Source: Octopus vulgaris (taxonomy: Eukaryota). From it: a stretch of DNA of 64,000 nt. The DNA lies in the NCBI GenBank assembly GCA_951406725.2, contig OX597831.1:806001-870000 (forward strand). The letters run 5' to 3'. This document shows, piece by piece, positions 52,847-64,000 of this stretch. Position 1 is the first letter of the stretch. Every line of letters starts with the position of its first letter. A program made the translations under genes and the position numbers. The notes under the pieces were generated by a model. It made no database searches. It was not told the DNA's origin and was given only the letters and a program-made list of their open reading frames with translations.

Positions 52847-54113
52847 GTGACCTTTATTCCTTGAAGCTGGCTCATCACATGCCACCGCCACCACCACCAC
52901 CACCACCTAGAACCACCCAAATTACTCATTTCTCCTCTTCTCGTCATCCATGCTTCCCCCCTTCCGCCCATGCCACACACTAACAAGTTTCCCAGTCCTT
53001 CCACCCACCAGAATAGCAATCCTCTGGAATTCCCTCCTTATACAAGTTTCTGCTGCAGCCATCAATTGCAATTATTCACAAAGAACATCAAGAAACATCA
53101 CCCATCTAGATTTCACTAGTGGCACAAGGTCCACGAAGGCCAAGAATAGAGATCCTTCCTTCACACAAAAAAAAAAGATTTAAAAAAAAACCAAACCCAA
53201 CAGAACACTAAAAAAAAAAAAGAATCCCCACCATGTGCCCTGCATCTAAATTTGTAGTCTTGTGTCTAATGAGAGCACAAAATCGTTATTAGAGTGTTGG
53301 ACAAAATGCCTTCTGGAATTTAGTATCAGCTCTTTACATTCACAGCCCAACCCTGGCAAAGGACAACTTTGCCTTTCATCCCTTTAGGGTCAGCAAAATA
53401 GTTCCAGTTAGCTCAGTTTACTTCCAAAATTTCTGGACTTCTGCTCATATTACACACACTCATGATGATGATGACAATGATGATGATGATGATGATGATG
53501 ATGCCTTAACCTCCCATCTCCACCTCTTAACATAAAGTCACCTCCCATCTAATGTAACCCCAACCAATCAAAAGAGGACCTCAGTCTTGCAAGCTTCATG
53601 GTGACCTCACTAGTGCTGGTGCCACAAAAAAAGTACCACCCAGTTAGCTCTTGTTAGCAGTTCATGGTAGGAAGTGATAAAAATCATGCCAAAGTGGACA
53701 CTAGAACATGTGCAGATCTCAAACCCATTGGACCGTGTCAAATTGTCCAATGTATGCTAGCATGGAAGATGTATATTAAAAGGTGATAATGATGATGATG
53801 ATGATGATGATAATGATGACTAATATGAGCCAATGCAAGGGCTTCTAAATGGCTGCTCAATCCAGCATTGCAGTCATAGACATTCAAAATGAAGGGATGT
53901 TCACAGCTGGATTGCCTCTGATTGAAAGTCCTGGGTTTAGCAACAGTAACAACATCTATCAGCCATCATTGTCATTATCATCATCATCGACCCTATTCCT
54001 CCTCCTCCTCCTACTACTACTACTAAAGGAAAGAAGGAGAAAGATATATAGCGAGAGAAAGGAAGAGGGAGAAAGAGAAGTGGAGAAAGAATGAGAGAGA
54101 GCAACATACTGAC

Positions 54114-54311
54114 CTGCAGCAGCATTTGTGTTGGCGGCGGCAGCAGCAGCAGCAGCAGCGGCAGTCATATTGAGAGGTTGTGCCAAACCCTGAAGACTGG
54201 AGAGGTTGGTAGCAATAATTTGTCCATTGGACGTTGTCAGCAACTGTATCTGCTGGTTGCCTCCGGTTGCTAGCGACACTGGTATACTGATAAACTGTTG
54301 TGTACCATTAC
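54114..54311 (-). CDS. POU6: POU6 internal coding exon (first found; 198 nt, phase 1/1)
   Basis: Acceptor ttctcattacag, donor CAG|gtcagt; reads NGTQQFISIPVSLATGGNQQIQLLTTSNGQIIATNLSSLQGLAQPLNMT(A)10NTNAAA; phase joins the next exon; LLT-x-x-GQII motif resembles the POU6F1/2 N-terminal motif. Confidence 0.8.
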
Positions 54312-54509
54312 CTGTAATGAGAAATTACATGGAGAATATCAGGTGAGTTGAGATATTGTCTTTCTTAATGTTTTATGAAGGACCATCTCAATGCAGATGT
54401 TTTAAAAGATCCCTAGTTTACATTGCTTTAGGATCAATGGTTCCTAGTCCATCACATAGTTTTCTCACTAACACTGGACTGGTTGTCTTGGTTTTAAGTT
54501 TGCTATCCA

Positions 54510-54960
54510 ACTAGATGGGAGTTGGTAGAGTCCATTTAGCTAAAAAAAAAAGGGACAATGGAGAGGTAGAGACCACCTGCTTAGCTGGCAGCAGGTACAC
54601 CAGAATGGTACAACCCATTTGGCTAACAGTATATACAGTGGAAAGATAGAAATCACTTTGGTAGTAGTAACTACTATGGAAAGATAGAGTCCACCTAGCT
54701 GCCTAATACTTTGGAAAGGTACAGTCTGTTTATCTAGCAATAGATACAATGGAGAGGTAGAGACTTGTTAGCTAGTTAATAGTATATACTATACAGGTAT
54801 AGTCCATCTCTCTAGCAGAAAGGATAACAGAGGTACAGTCTATGTAGCTAGTAGTGGGCACAGATACAATAGAATGGTACAATCTAATTGTAGGTGAGTA
54901 GGAGTACAATGGAAGGCTACAATCTATCTAGCTGTAAACGGATACCATGAAGAAGTACAT
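54510..54960. repeat. Degenerate ~38-bp minisatellite
   Basis: Recurrent TACAATGGAGAGGTAGAGTCCATCTAGCT. Confidence 0.7.
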
Positions 54961-55722
54961 GTAACAGAGGTGAAAGTTGTAAAATGTGAAAGAAAATGTC
55001 AGCTCCATGATCCACTGGTTTGCAGAGGAACCAATTGAAGATTGTGATTTTATGTGGCTCTCCTATAGCAAATCAGCTTGGTAGAGTCTGGCTTTCTTCA
55101 AGCTATGAGTATGACAAAATTTGAATTCATAATTCAATAATGCAGTTAAACAGCGCATCTGCTGTTTCCTCATTCAATGACAATTGCAAGATAAAACTGA
55201 ACATGTGTTTTGTATACAAATTGTTCTCACATCTTTCGCTGAGATAATAGAGGGTCAAAGGAAACATTTGTTTATTTATCTATTTACTATCTTTCTTTGT
55301 ACAGTCAACATCTTTTTCCTTTCTCTCTCTTCTGTTTATATATATATATATATATAATAATAAATATTAGGGAATAAATCCAAATTTACAGGAAAAAAAT
55401 CAGAAGGATTACCGATATTTACTTATTTTGCAAACAAACAAGGAAAGACTTAATCATTTACATAAAATTTAATTTGTGTATTTTTCTGTTGATCGGGCAA
55501 TTACTTCATAATTTACTGACTTATTGAAGTCCACCTGAAATTGTCGACTCAAGTATTGCATACTATTTTAAAATTTTATATTCATGTTGCTCCAGTTCAC
55601 TCAACTGTAGAAATGAGTTGCGACGTCACAGGTGCCAAGCTGTATCGGCCTATTATCTTTCCCTTGGATAACACTGGTGGCGTGGAAAGAGAGGAGGCTC
55701 GGTATACATGGGCGACTGCTGC

Positions 55723-55841
55723 TTATTTAAAGCAGCAGAAAATTCAATAAAATCTGTTACTCTGAGTTTACTGTCTGATGAACGGCAACGAGAAACTCAG
55801 AGTAACAGATTTTGTTGAATTTTCTGCTGCTTTAAATAAAG
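55723..55841. mobile_element. Third copy of palindromic hammerhead element
   Basis: Inverted arms; plus strand CTGT-CTGATGA-ACGGCAACGA-GAAAC-TCAGA-GTA-ACAG at 55771-55808 with canonical CUGAUGA core. Confidence 0.78.
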
Positions 55842-56623
55842 TATATATATATATATATATTTAACAGGAATGCTCTGGAAGATAGCCAAGGTTAAGAACT
55901 TTGCTATGGAGTTCTTGAATTTTATTTAGTTCAATGCTGAAGAATTTGAAATTTTGGAACTTTCTCTTTGTCTGAGAGATAGAATCATGGTTTAAAAAAA
56001 TTTTTTTTTTCTCTTTTCAAGTTTCCATCTCCTCAATACATTTTTTTGAAAAATGGTTTTAGTTTTTCTTCTCACCCATTTGTCTAAAATGTACAGTTTT
56101 CTGTGCTAGGAATTCAATATGGGAATTTATATTTCTAGACATTTACGTAATATCTTTGACAAATATGGAAACTTCTACATAGTTGCCAGACATACTGGAA
56201 ATAGCAGTCAAATCTTCCTTAAATTACACTCTATTTGTTAAAAAAAAAACAAAAAAAAGACACAATAAATTATGTTGCACAATACACATTGCTTGAAGGA
56301 TGGCTGAGTAAATATGTTTAATTTTATTGGTTATTGTTGTTGTTTGGATCCCAGATTGGTCCAGAAGCAGTGGACCAATGATCAAAGGTATTTCAGCCAA
56401 GATCATCTTATTTTTTTCTTGGAAATATTATACCCTTCACAGCATTGTGCAATGTCTCCTTTTTTATAACAGCAAATAGTAGTTTGGGGTATATGTGACT
56501 TCTATTTCTAATACATAAAATAACCACACTGGGGGTCTCGTCTATGCTAGGGACAATTAACTGAAACCTCAAGTTTTAATCAAGCATGTTATAAAGGAAT
56601 TTTGATGGGGGAGGTTTTGATGG

Positions 56624-57030
56624 AGGAGTGGCTGTGTGGTAAGTAGCTTGCTTACCAGCCACATGGTTCCAGGTTCAGTCCCACTGCGTGGCACCTTGGG
56701 CGCGTGTCTTCTACTATAGCCTTGGGTCGACCAAAGCCTTGTGAGTGGATTTGGTAGACGGAAACTGAAAGAAGCCCATCATATATATGTATGTGTGTGT
56801 GTATATGTTTGTTTGTCTGTGTTTGTCCCCCCAATGTCACTTGACAACCAATGCTGGTGTGTCTATGTCCCCCGTAACTTAGCGGTTTGGCAAAAGAGAC
56901 CGATAGAATAAGTACTAGGCTTACAAAAAATAAGTCCTGGGGTCGATTTGATTCGACTAAAAGGCAATGCTCCAGCATGGCCACAGTCAAATGACTGAAA
57001 CAAGTAAAAGAGTAACGAAAGTAAAAGAGT
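56624..57030 (+). mobile_element. SINE family B (tRNA head, CORE-like CACCTTGGGCAAGTG, internal (TA/TG)n, (AGTAAAAG)n tail)
   Basis: GGAGTGGCTGTGTGGTAAG...GGTTCAGTCCC (A/B boxes); tail CAAGTAAAAGAGTAA. Confidence 0.9.
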
Positions 57031-57039
57031 ATGAATACA

Positions 57040-57267
57040 TGTTTCTTTATTACCCACAAGGGGCTAAACATAGAGGGGACAAACAAGGACAGACAAACGG
57101 ATTAAGACGATTACACCGACCCCAGTGCTTAACTGGCACTTAGTTTATCGACCCCAAAAGGATGAAAGGCTAAGTTGACCTCGGCAGAATTTGAACTCAG
57201 AACGTAACGGCAGACGAAATACGGCTACGCATTTCGCCCGGCATGCTAACGGTTCTGCCAGCTCGCC
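57040..57267 (-). mobile_element. SINE family A copy
   Basis: Full-length; 9-bp TSD ATGAATACA at 57031-57039 and 57268-57276. Confidence 0.9.
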
Positions 57268-57513
57268 ATGAATACAATGACACTTTGCAGCCTCAAACAG
57301 GTTAAAACTGTGCTGAGTATGGGGCAGCTGTACTTATAAGGATTCACAAGGTAAAGTTTAGTCAAATGAAACATCTTCTTCACAGAGATTTAAAGGACAA
57401 ATCAGCCATGCTTGACTGGCATCTGACAACATCAACAGAGATCTCTAATGCCCCGGTTCAGCTGACTTTTTGCAAATGATAATCAGTTGTTTCTGGTGGT
57501 ATTTACTTGTTTG

Positions 57514-57635
57514 GCTTACAGCCATATCACGTTGAAAGAACCAGTTCTCATCTGATCACCGAAGTTAAGCAACGTCGAGCCTAGTCATCAGTACTTAGAT
57601 GGGTGACCGCTTGGGAAACCTAGGTGCAGTAAGCA
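57514..57635 (+). pseudogene. 5S rRNA retrocopy (full length, diverged)
   Basis: GCTTACAGCCATATCACGTTGAAAGAACCAGTTCTCATCTGATCACCGAAGTTAAGCAACGTCGAGCC...AGTACTTAGATGGGTGACCGCTTGGGAAACCTAGGTGCAGTAAGC matches the metazoan 5S consensus; small insertion; no oligo-T terminator. Confidence 0.9.
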
Positions 57636-57647
57636 TAGCACACATTA

Positions 57648-57880
57648 AAGGCGGTGAGCTGGCAGAAACGTTAGCACGCTGGGTGAAATGCTTAGCGGTA
57701 TTTCGTCTGCCATTACGCTGTGAGTTCAAATTCCGCCGAGGTCAACTTTGCCTTTCATCCTTTCGGGGTCGATAAATTAAGTGCCAGTTACACACTGGGG
57801 TCGATGTAATCGACTTAATACCTATGTCTGTCCTTGTTTGTCCCCTCTGTGTTTAGCTCCTTGTGGGTAATAAAGAAATA
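57648..57880 (+). mobile_element. SINE family A (tRNA-like head, central GCCTTTCATCCTTTCGGGGTCGATAAA domain), young copy
   Basis: GGCGGTGAGCTGGCAGAAACGTTAGCAC...GAGTTCAAATTCC...GGGTAATAAAGAAATA; very similar to 22684, 49905, 57040 copies. Confidence 0.9.
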
Positions 57881-58616
57881 GGTATTTACTTGTTTTAATT
57901 AGTTATCACACACAAATATGACAACTACTACTAGTACTCTGTCAGCTAATGAGGAAGTAAACCTCTATGAGGTGACTTAAAATAGTAGAAATAACAACTA
58001 AATTTCCTTCAGTTCACACCTTACAGTGAAATTAAATTTCATGGTTACTCCAGTAATGGTATTAAATATCAACCAAAACATAGACCTGGTATTTTCTGCC
58101 AATCACCTTGCTTCAATAAATTTGGTTTATTCTCAATGAAAAATAGTTTCAAACATGGCATTCGAGAACAAAAGGTAGATTGGTATATAGAATTGCTTTC
58201 CGCAGGTAAGGAAAATGAAATTTTGAGTGGACATATATGATTTCTGCAGTAAAAGGGTTAAAAAGGCAAAGGACAAATACATTGAACAAAGTAATTTAGT
58301 CCTCAGTATACAACAGAATGGTCATGGCTGGAATGTCCAAGATCTTAGGTCTGCTTGGGCAGTATTCAACTTCAGGCTAAATGATTTCATTACTCTCTTT
58401 ATCAACACTGCTATACTACTGCAGTGGCTACCACCACTAATTCTGTAATGACCACCACCACCATCACCTCCACCACTAACACTACTTCCACCAATGCTTT
58501 TACTTTTCTAATCTTGTCAGCTTGACCCTGTCTCTCATTTCTAATTCACAAAGCTAAGCCATGATTATCCTATTTTGGGAGAGACAAAGATAGATACATC
58601 CCAAGATATCAGTAAA

Positions 58617-58660
<44 letters not shown>

Positions 58661-58681
58661 ATGGTTGTGTGGCATAGTTGT

Positions 58682-59040
58682 AGGCATGGCTGTGTGGTAA
58701 GATGTTTGCTTCCCAACTACATGGTTCCAGGTTCAGTCCCATTGTGTAGCACCTTGGGCAAGTGTCTTCTACTATAAACCCAGGCAGACCAACACCTTTT
58801 GAGTGGATTTGGTAGATGGAAACTGGAAGAAGCCTATCGTGAATGTGTTTTTTTTTTGTCCCTCACCACAGCATGTTGTTTGCTTACATATCTATAACTT
58901 AGTAGTTTAGCAAAAGAGACCAGTAGAAGAAGCACAAGGGTTGAAAAAAAAAAGGAAAAAGTAATTGGGGTTGATTTGTTTGACTAAAACCCTTCAAGGT
59001 GACACCCCAGCATGTCTGCAGTCCAATGATGGAAACAATA
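58682..59040 (+). mobile_element. SINE family B, diverged
   Basis: Same head and body blocks as 56624. Confidence 0.8.
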
Positions 59041-59068
59041 AAACATTAAAAAATGTATACACATAACA

Positions 59069-59111
<43 letters not shown>

Positions 59112-60549
59112 ACACACACATACATGAGTGGGTATGTGCATGTGTATTATAAAAATATATATTACATAGGATACTCTTTACTCTCTTTTACTTGTTTCAG
59201 TCATTTGACTGTGGCCATGCTGGGTTACATATGCAGCCACTGCCACAATCATTATTTTATTTCCACTTTTCCTTGCAAGCATGGGTCAGGCGAAACTTGA
59301 TGAGGCATGTTTTTCTAAAACCAGATCCATATATATGTATCCATATATGGTTACATATATGGATATTGGAAGAAAACACTACATAATATGACATCAAGTG
59401 GAGGCTACTAGAAAAGTGTTGACTTTCTCTCAAGAACAGTAGGAGGTACAAATTCTGTTTAGCAGAGAAAAGTATCATAGTGAAGAACTCCTTTCCTTCA
59501 GAGGCATATGAGAACTTTAAAAGTGAAGTCTTTTCCACATGCCCTTATGAGCTTAAATATATATTAGCTGGTTTGTCAGGGATACTCTGAGTATAACAGT
59601 CAGCTTTTCACCTTGAGAATGTCCCTCACTATAAACGAAGGTTTAATATTCATGCCACCACACCCAGAATTTGTATGTACAAACTTCCATAGACCCGGGA
59701 ACAGGGGGTGCAAGGGCAACCCCTAGAATTTTTGTGGGGTGCAAAATGCAAAATTTGCACCCCTACTTACTTTTCTCGGGTTTAGAAAACAGTGAATAAA
59801 AAGTGATCAGTAAAAAGTAGCTCAAAATTAGGTTTCTTCTCAAAGAACAAAGAACAAAAATAAATTAAAAAGAAAACCAATAAGATCTTGTTTCTAAAAA
59901 ATTTTTTGGTCGGGGTTTGCACCCCCTGAGCAAATTTCGTCCCTGAGCCAGTGTACATAACAACATGTGTTTAAAATTAACCCTCACTGTGGCTTTCCCA
60001 TTCTGCTCTGCCAGCTCTTCTCATACCTCAACCCCCAGCTCACTCTACAACACCTCAACACCCTACAATCAAATACTACATAAGGCTGTGGTGGACTTGT
60101 TGCCACTTGAATTCTAGCAGATAGATCGTTAGCTAAAGAGAAACCAATCCAAGGGACATAACTCCGATGGGCTTAAGAGTCAACCTTGTTCTTTTTAGTT
60201 ATTGTCTGTTGGACTATATCCTATGGCTGTATTGTTTCATCTATAAATTTTTTTTCAATTTTATGACAATTCTAAGACCTATAGACTGGATGTGGCATTT
60301 TCAGGCCTCCAATACCAAAGGGTCCAATGATTGCTGAATTTGCCTCTCCATTTTGGCATGAAGCCATTTGGTAACATCATAGATTGGCTGTCATGAAACT
60401 ATATTTTATTTTATATATAGCTGTGTGAGTGTGTGTATGTGTGTGTGTATATATATATATATATAATATGTATGTATGTATATATATATATATATACATA
60501 CATACACACACATATATATATACATACATGTATATATATACATATATAT

Positions 60550-60609
<60 letters not shown>

Positions 60610-61432
60610 AAAGATAAATGCGATACAATAAAATTAATTATAATATATATATATATATATATATATTTTTTGATTACAATATATATATATATAGATTACA
60701 ATATTAATGACTTGTACTAGCATTGTGTATATTAATTAATTTTAAAGTATTGAATAAGTATTGTTTTTAGTGTTCACTTAATGTATATTTAGTATCTTTT
60801 TTAAGTGATAATTTTATTTTCATTGATTTATACTAAGAAAATTTTTTAAAATTCATTTTATTTTATAAATATATACGTGCATGTGTGTGTGTTCAATATA
60901 TGCATATATATATAACATATATCATAGTCAAATATACCATATACACAGCACATATGTATTTATTACTTGTTGTATATATATATATGTTTAAGTTTGTTTG
61001 TTTGTAATTTTTGAAATTAGCTATTTCATCTTTAAATATGAAAAATTAATTTATTAGGTTTTTATTATATGTGCATATATATTTATTTATAGAGATTATT
61101 TTAGATCTTAATTATAATTATATACATTTATCTATTTTCATTGATAATTTATATATAATAGTTATTTATTTATTTATTTTTAAAAAAATATTTATGTAAT
61201 TAGATATAGACTATTACCGATATTAAATTATTGGTGGGTTTCCTACCTTATAAATTTAATATTTAACATTATAATTGATTTTGATATAATCATAATTGTT
61301 AAGTTTCAAGTTTCTAGTTTGATAATAGAGTTTATTATAAGTAAAATTATTATATTATTTATATCTTAAAAATATTGTCTAAATATTTCTGATTATTTTA
61401 AAATATTTCTGATTATTTTAAAATATTTCAAT

Positions 61433-61910
61433 TAACCTGAAGATTGACTGTAACCATAACTCGAATTATTAATTGAATTTAAATTATTGTTATTCGAATT
61501 GGTACAGCCATGAAACGATCGTAGTATTTCACTCTTTATCTTTTATTAAACTTTTAATACTTTTGATATATATATATTAAAAAAAAAAATGAATAAATAA
61601 ATAAATTAATTAATCAATTAATAAATAAAATAATATATAAATATAAAAATATACATACATACATATATATATATATTTGTATATATATATAAAATTTATA
61701 AGTTTAAATTATTTAAATAATTTTTTATTTTTAACTTTTATATTTTAAATTCATTTTATGTATCGGCTTATGTTTTTCACTGTTTGATTTGCCTAATAGT
61801 GGTTTTATCTCAAATTTAATATAATATAATATAATATATTTATACTATAAAATTGGATTTAATCATCCTAAATCTCATTTTTCCCTGTAAGTTTGGATTT
61901 ATTCCCTAAT
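61433..61910 (+). mobile_element. AT-rich element: hammerhead motif (61433-61527) plus terminal motif TTCCCTGTAAGTTTGGATTTATTCCC
   Basis: CTGAAGA-TTGACTGTAACCA...TGGTACAGCCAT-GAAAC-GATC-GTA; terminal motif shared with ~62335, ~55370 (minus) and ~27490 (minus). Confidence 0.6.
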
Positions 61911-61918
61911 ATTATTAT

Positions 61919-61971
<53 letters not shown>

Positions 61972-62015
61972 AACGTATATTTATTAATTAATTATTTTAT
62001 TATTCTAGTTTATTT

Positions 62016-62370
62016 TTAACCTGATGAGTGGCTATATTTATATCAAAGTGATTTTACTACTACTATTAATTTTTTAACTATAATCATTTCTTAAATATAG
62101 CCATGAAACACATGTCATTATTCTACCAATTACATATGTTTTTATTACTATTTTTTTTGCAATTTACTTAATCATCGGTATTTTATTGTTATTTTAATTT
62201 TAATATTTTTATTATATTAATTTTCAAGATCGTGTAATTTAACTGTTCATTTTCAATTGATAAAAGGTGGTTTTTTTCTAATTTCTAAATATATATTATG
62301 TGTGAAATTTGATTTAGTATTTCTAAATTGATTTTTTTTCCCTGTAAGTTAGGATTAATATTCCCTCAAA
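62016..62370 (+). mobile_element. AT-rich element: hammerhead motif (62016-62120) plus the same terminal motif
   Basis: CTGATGA-GTGGCTATATTTA...TAAATATAGCCAT-GAAAC-ACAT-GTC (13-bp helix II); ends TTCCCTGTAAGTTAGGATTAATATTCCC. Confidence 0.65.
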
Positions 62371-62391
62371 TAATAATTATATATATATATA

Positions 62392-62610
62392 TCTTTTACT
62401 CTTTTACTTGTTTCAGCCATTTTGACTGCGGCCATGCTGGAGCACCGCCTTTAGTCGAGCAAATCGACCCCGGGACTTATTCTTTGTAAGCCCAGTACTT
62501 ATTCTATCGGTCTCTTTTGCCAAACCGCTAAGTGACGGGGACGTAAACACATCAGCATTGGTTGTCAAGCAATACTAGGGGGACAAATACAGACACACAA
62601 ACACACACAC
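62392..62610 (-). mobile_element. SINE family B 3' half
   Basis: CTTTTACTCTTTTACTTGTTTCAG...GGGGACAAATACAGACAC. Confidence 0.85.
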
Positions 62611-63362
62611 ATACATACATATATATATATTTGTCATCGTATGCCAGGCAAACAGCAAGTATCAAACCAATGGCGGGCATATTTATTCTTGATATGCTCC
62701 AGCTGATTCAGGTGTGAAGATGCTAATCACTGTTGTATTTCATCATAGGGGAACAACTTCACTTTTGAGATGAATATGTGATCATAAAACACTCGATTCA
62801 TTAATGTAAGGAGATTCTGGGACACCCAGGGTTTTGACACTGTGGTGTCTCATCAGGTAAAGGTACATGTATGCATGTACATAAGTGTGTGTGTATGTGT
62901 GTGTGTGTGTGTGTATGTGTGTATCTATAAATATACATATGCTGAAGTTGAAAAACCTCATAAACTGTTATTCTGAATTTCACAAAACTGATCATCAAAC
63001 AGAATAGAACTTTTGGAAGAATACAATGCTTTAAAATGGTGCAGTGAGAATCATTTGGCAGCTAATCAAATAAACATATAAGCTGATTGGACAGGGGGCT
63101 GTCATATTTCAAAATAGATGAAATATGCTGGATAAGATGATTGACTATCGATGAAAATAATATAAAGGTTATAAACAAATGAAATAAAGTTGAGTAAAAT
63201 GAAATGTTATGGTTGATGGAGGAAAATAGTTATAACAATAACTGTTTTGAAATATTTTTTTTTATTAATACCATTTACTTTTCTTTTTTTTTTGATATTT
63301 GAGTACTATTTTCTCCAACAGGTTTTGCACTTTTCTGCTACATGTATGTGTGTGTGTGCGTG

Positions 63363-63416
<54 letters not shown>

Positions 63417-63539
63417 CGTGTGTGTGTGTGCACGTGTGCATGTATGCATGTGTGTGTATGTGTATGTATAAAAATATACATATAGTCTGGTACTTATCCT
63501 ATCAGTCACTACTGGAAAACCACTAAGCTACAGAGATGT

Positions 63540-63610
63540 AAACTAACCCACACCAACTGTCAAGTGGTGAGTGATGGGGAGACACGCACACACACACACA
63601 CACACACACA

Positions 63611-63653
<43 letters not shown>

Positions 63654-64000
63654 ACACAAAGAGGTTCTTTTCAGTTTTATCAACCAAATCCACTCACGAG
63701 GCTTTAGACAGCCTGGGGCTGTAGTAGAACACACGTTCCCAAAGTCTCTTTCACCAAACAGCTAAGTTATGGGGATGTAAATACACCAACACGGGTTGTC
63801 AAGTGGTGGTGGTGGGGAGACAAACAGAGACCAAATGACATATTTATACATATAAATAAACGACAGGCTTCTTTTGGTTTCTGTCTACCAAATCCACCCA
63901 CAAAGCTTTGGTTAGCCAAAATTCATAGAAAGAAGACACATGCTCAAGGTGCCATGCATTGGGACTGAACCTGGAACCATCTCGTTGGGAAGCAAACTTC
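63540..64000 (-). mobile_element. SINE family B fragments (nested/tandem)
   Basis: CCAAATCCACTCAC.., GTTGTCAAGTGGTG.., GGGACTGAACCTGGAACC. Confidence 0.7.

Noticed and set aside
57514-57635. Functional 5S rRNA gene
   Set aside because: Substitutions, an insertion, no oligo-T terminator and TSD-flanked fusion to a SINE indicate a retrocopy
59689-59953. Possible hAT-like MITE with GCACCC subterminal motifs
   Set aside because: Terminal repeats poorly matched and no TSD identified

Overview
AT-rich, microsatellite-dense eukaryotic DNA. The repeat families suggest an octopod cephalopod (inference). The only protein-coding host gene is a class VI POU-homeobox gene (POU6/pdm3-like) on the minus strand. 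Six in-phase GT-AG exons were reconstructed (54114-54311, 52159-52295, 48295-49324, 46678-46855, 43543-43763, 33901-34025); the 5' exon(s) were not found. The rest is SINEs (several tRNA-derived families), decayed mariner/Tc1/hAT/piggyBac elements, an RTE LINE remnant, a Penelope-like (GIY-YIG) retroelement remnant and minisatellites. Almost all ORF-track entries are microsatellite artefacts. Most notable: (1) at least three families of short elements carrying type I hammerhead ribozyme motifs, including a Penelope element with a tRNA-like Pol III promoter just upstream of its hammerhead and a TSD-flanked SINE-like derivative; (2) palindromic elements with hammerheads on both strands, with several hammerheads lying sense in POU6 introns; (3) a full-length 5S rRNA + SINE chimera flanked by a 15-bp TSD; (4) a ~537-nt AG-free zone with a distant polypyrimidine tract before the second POU-domain exon.
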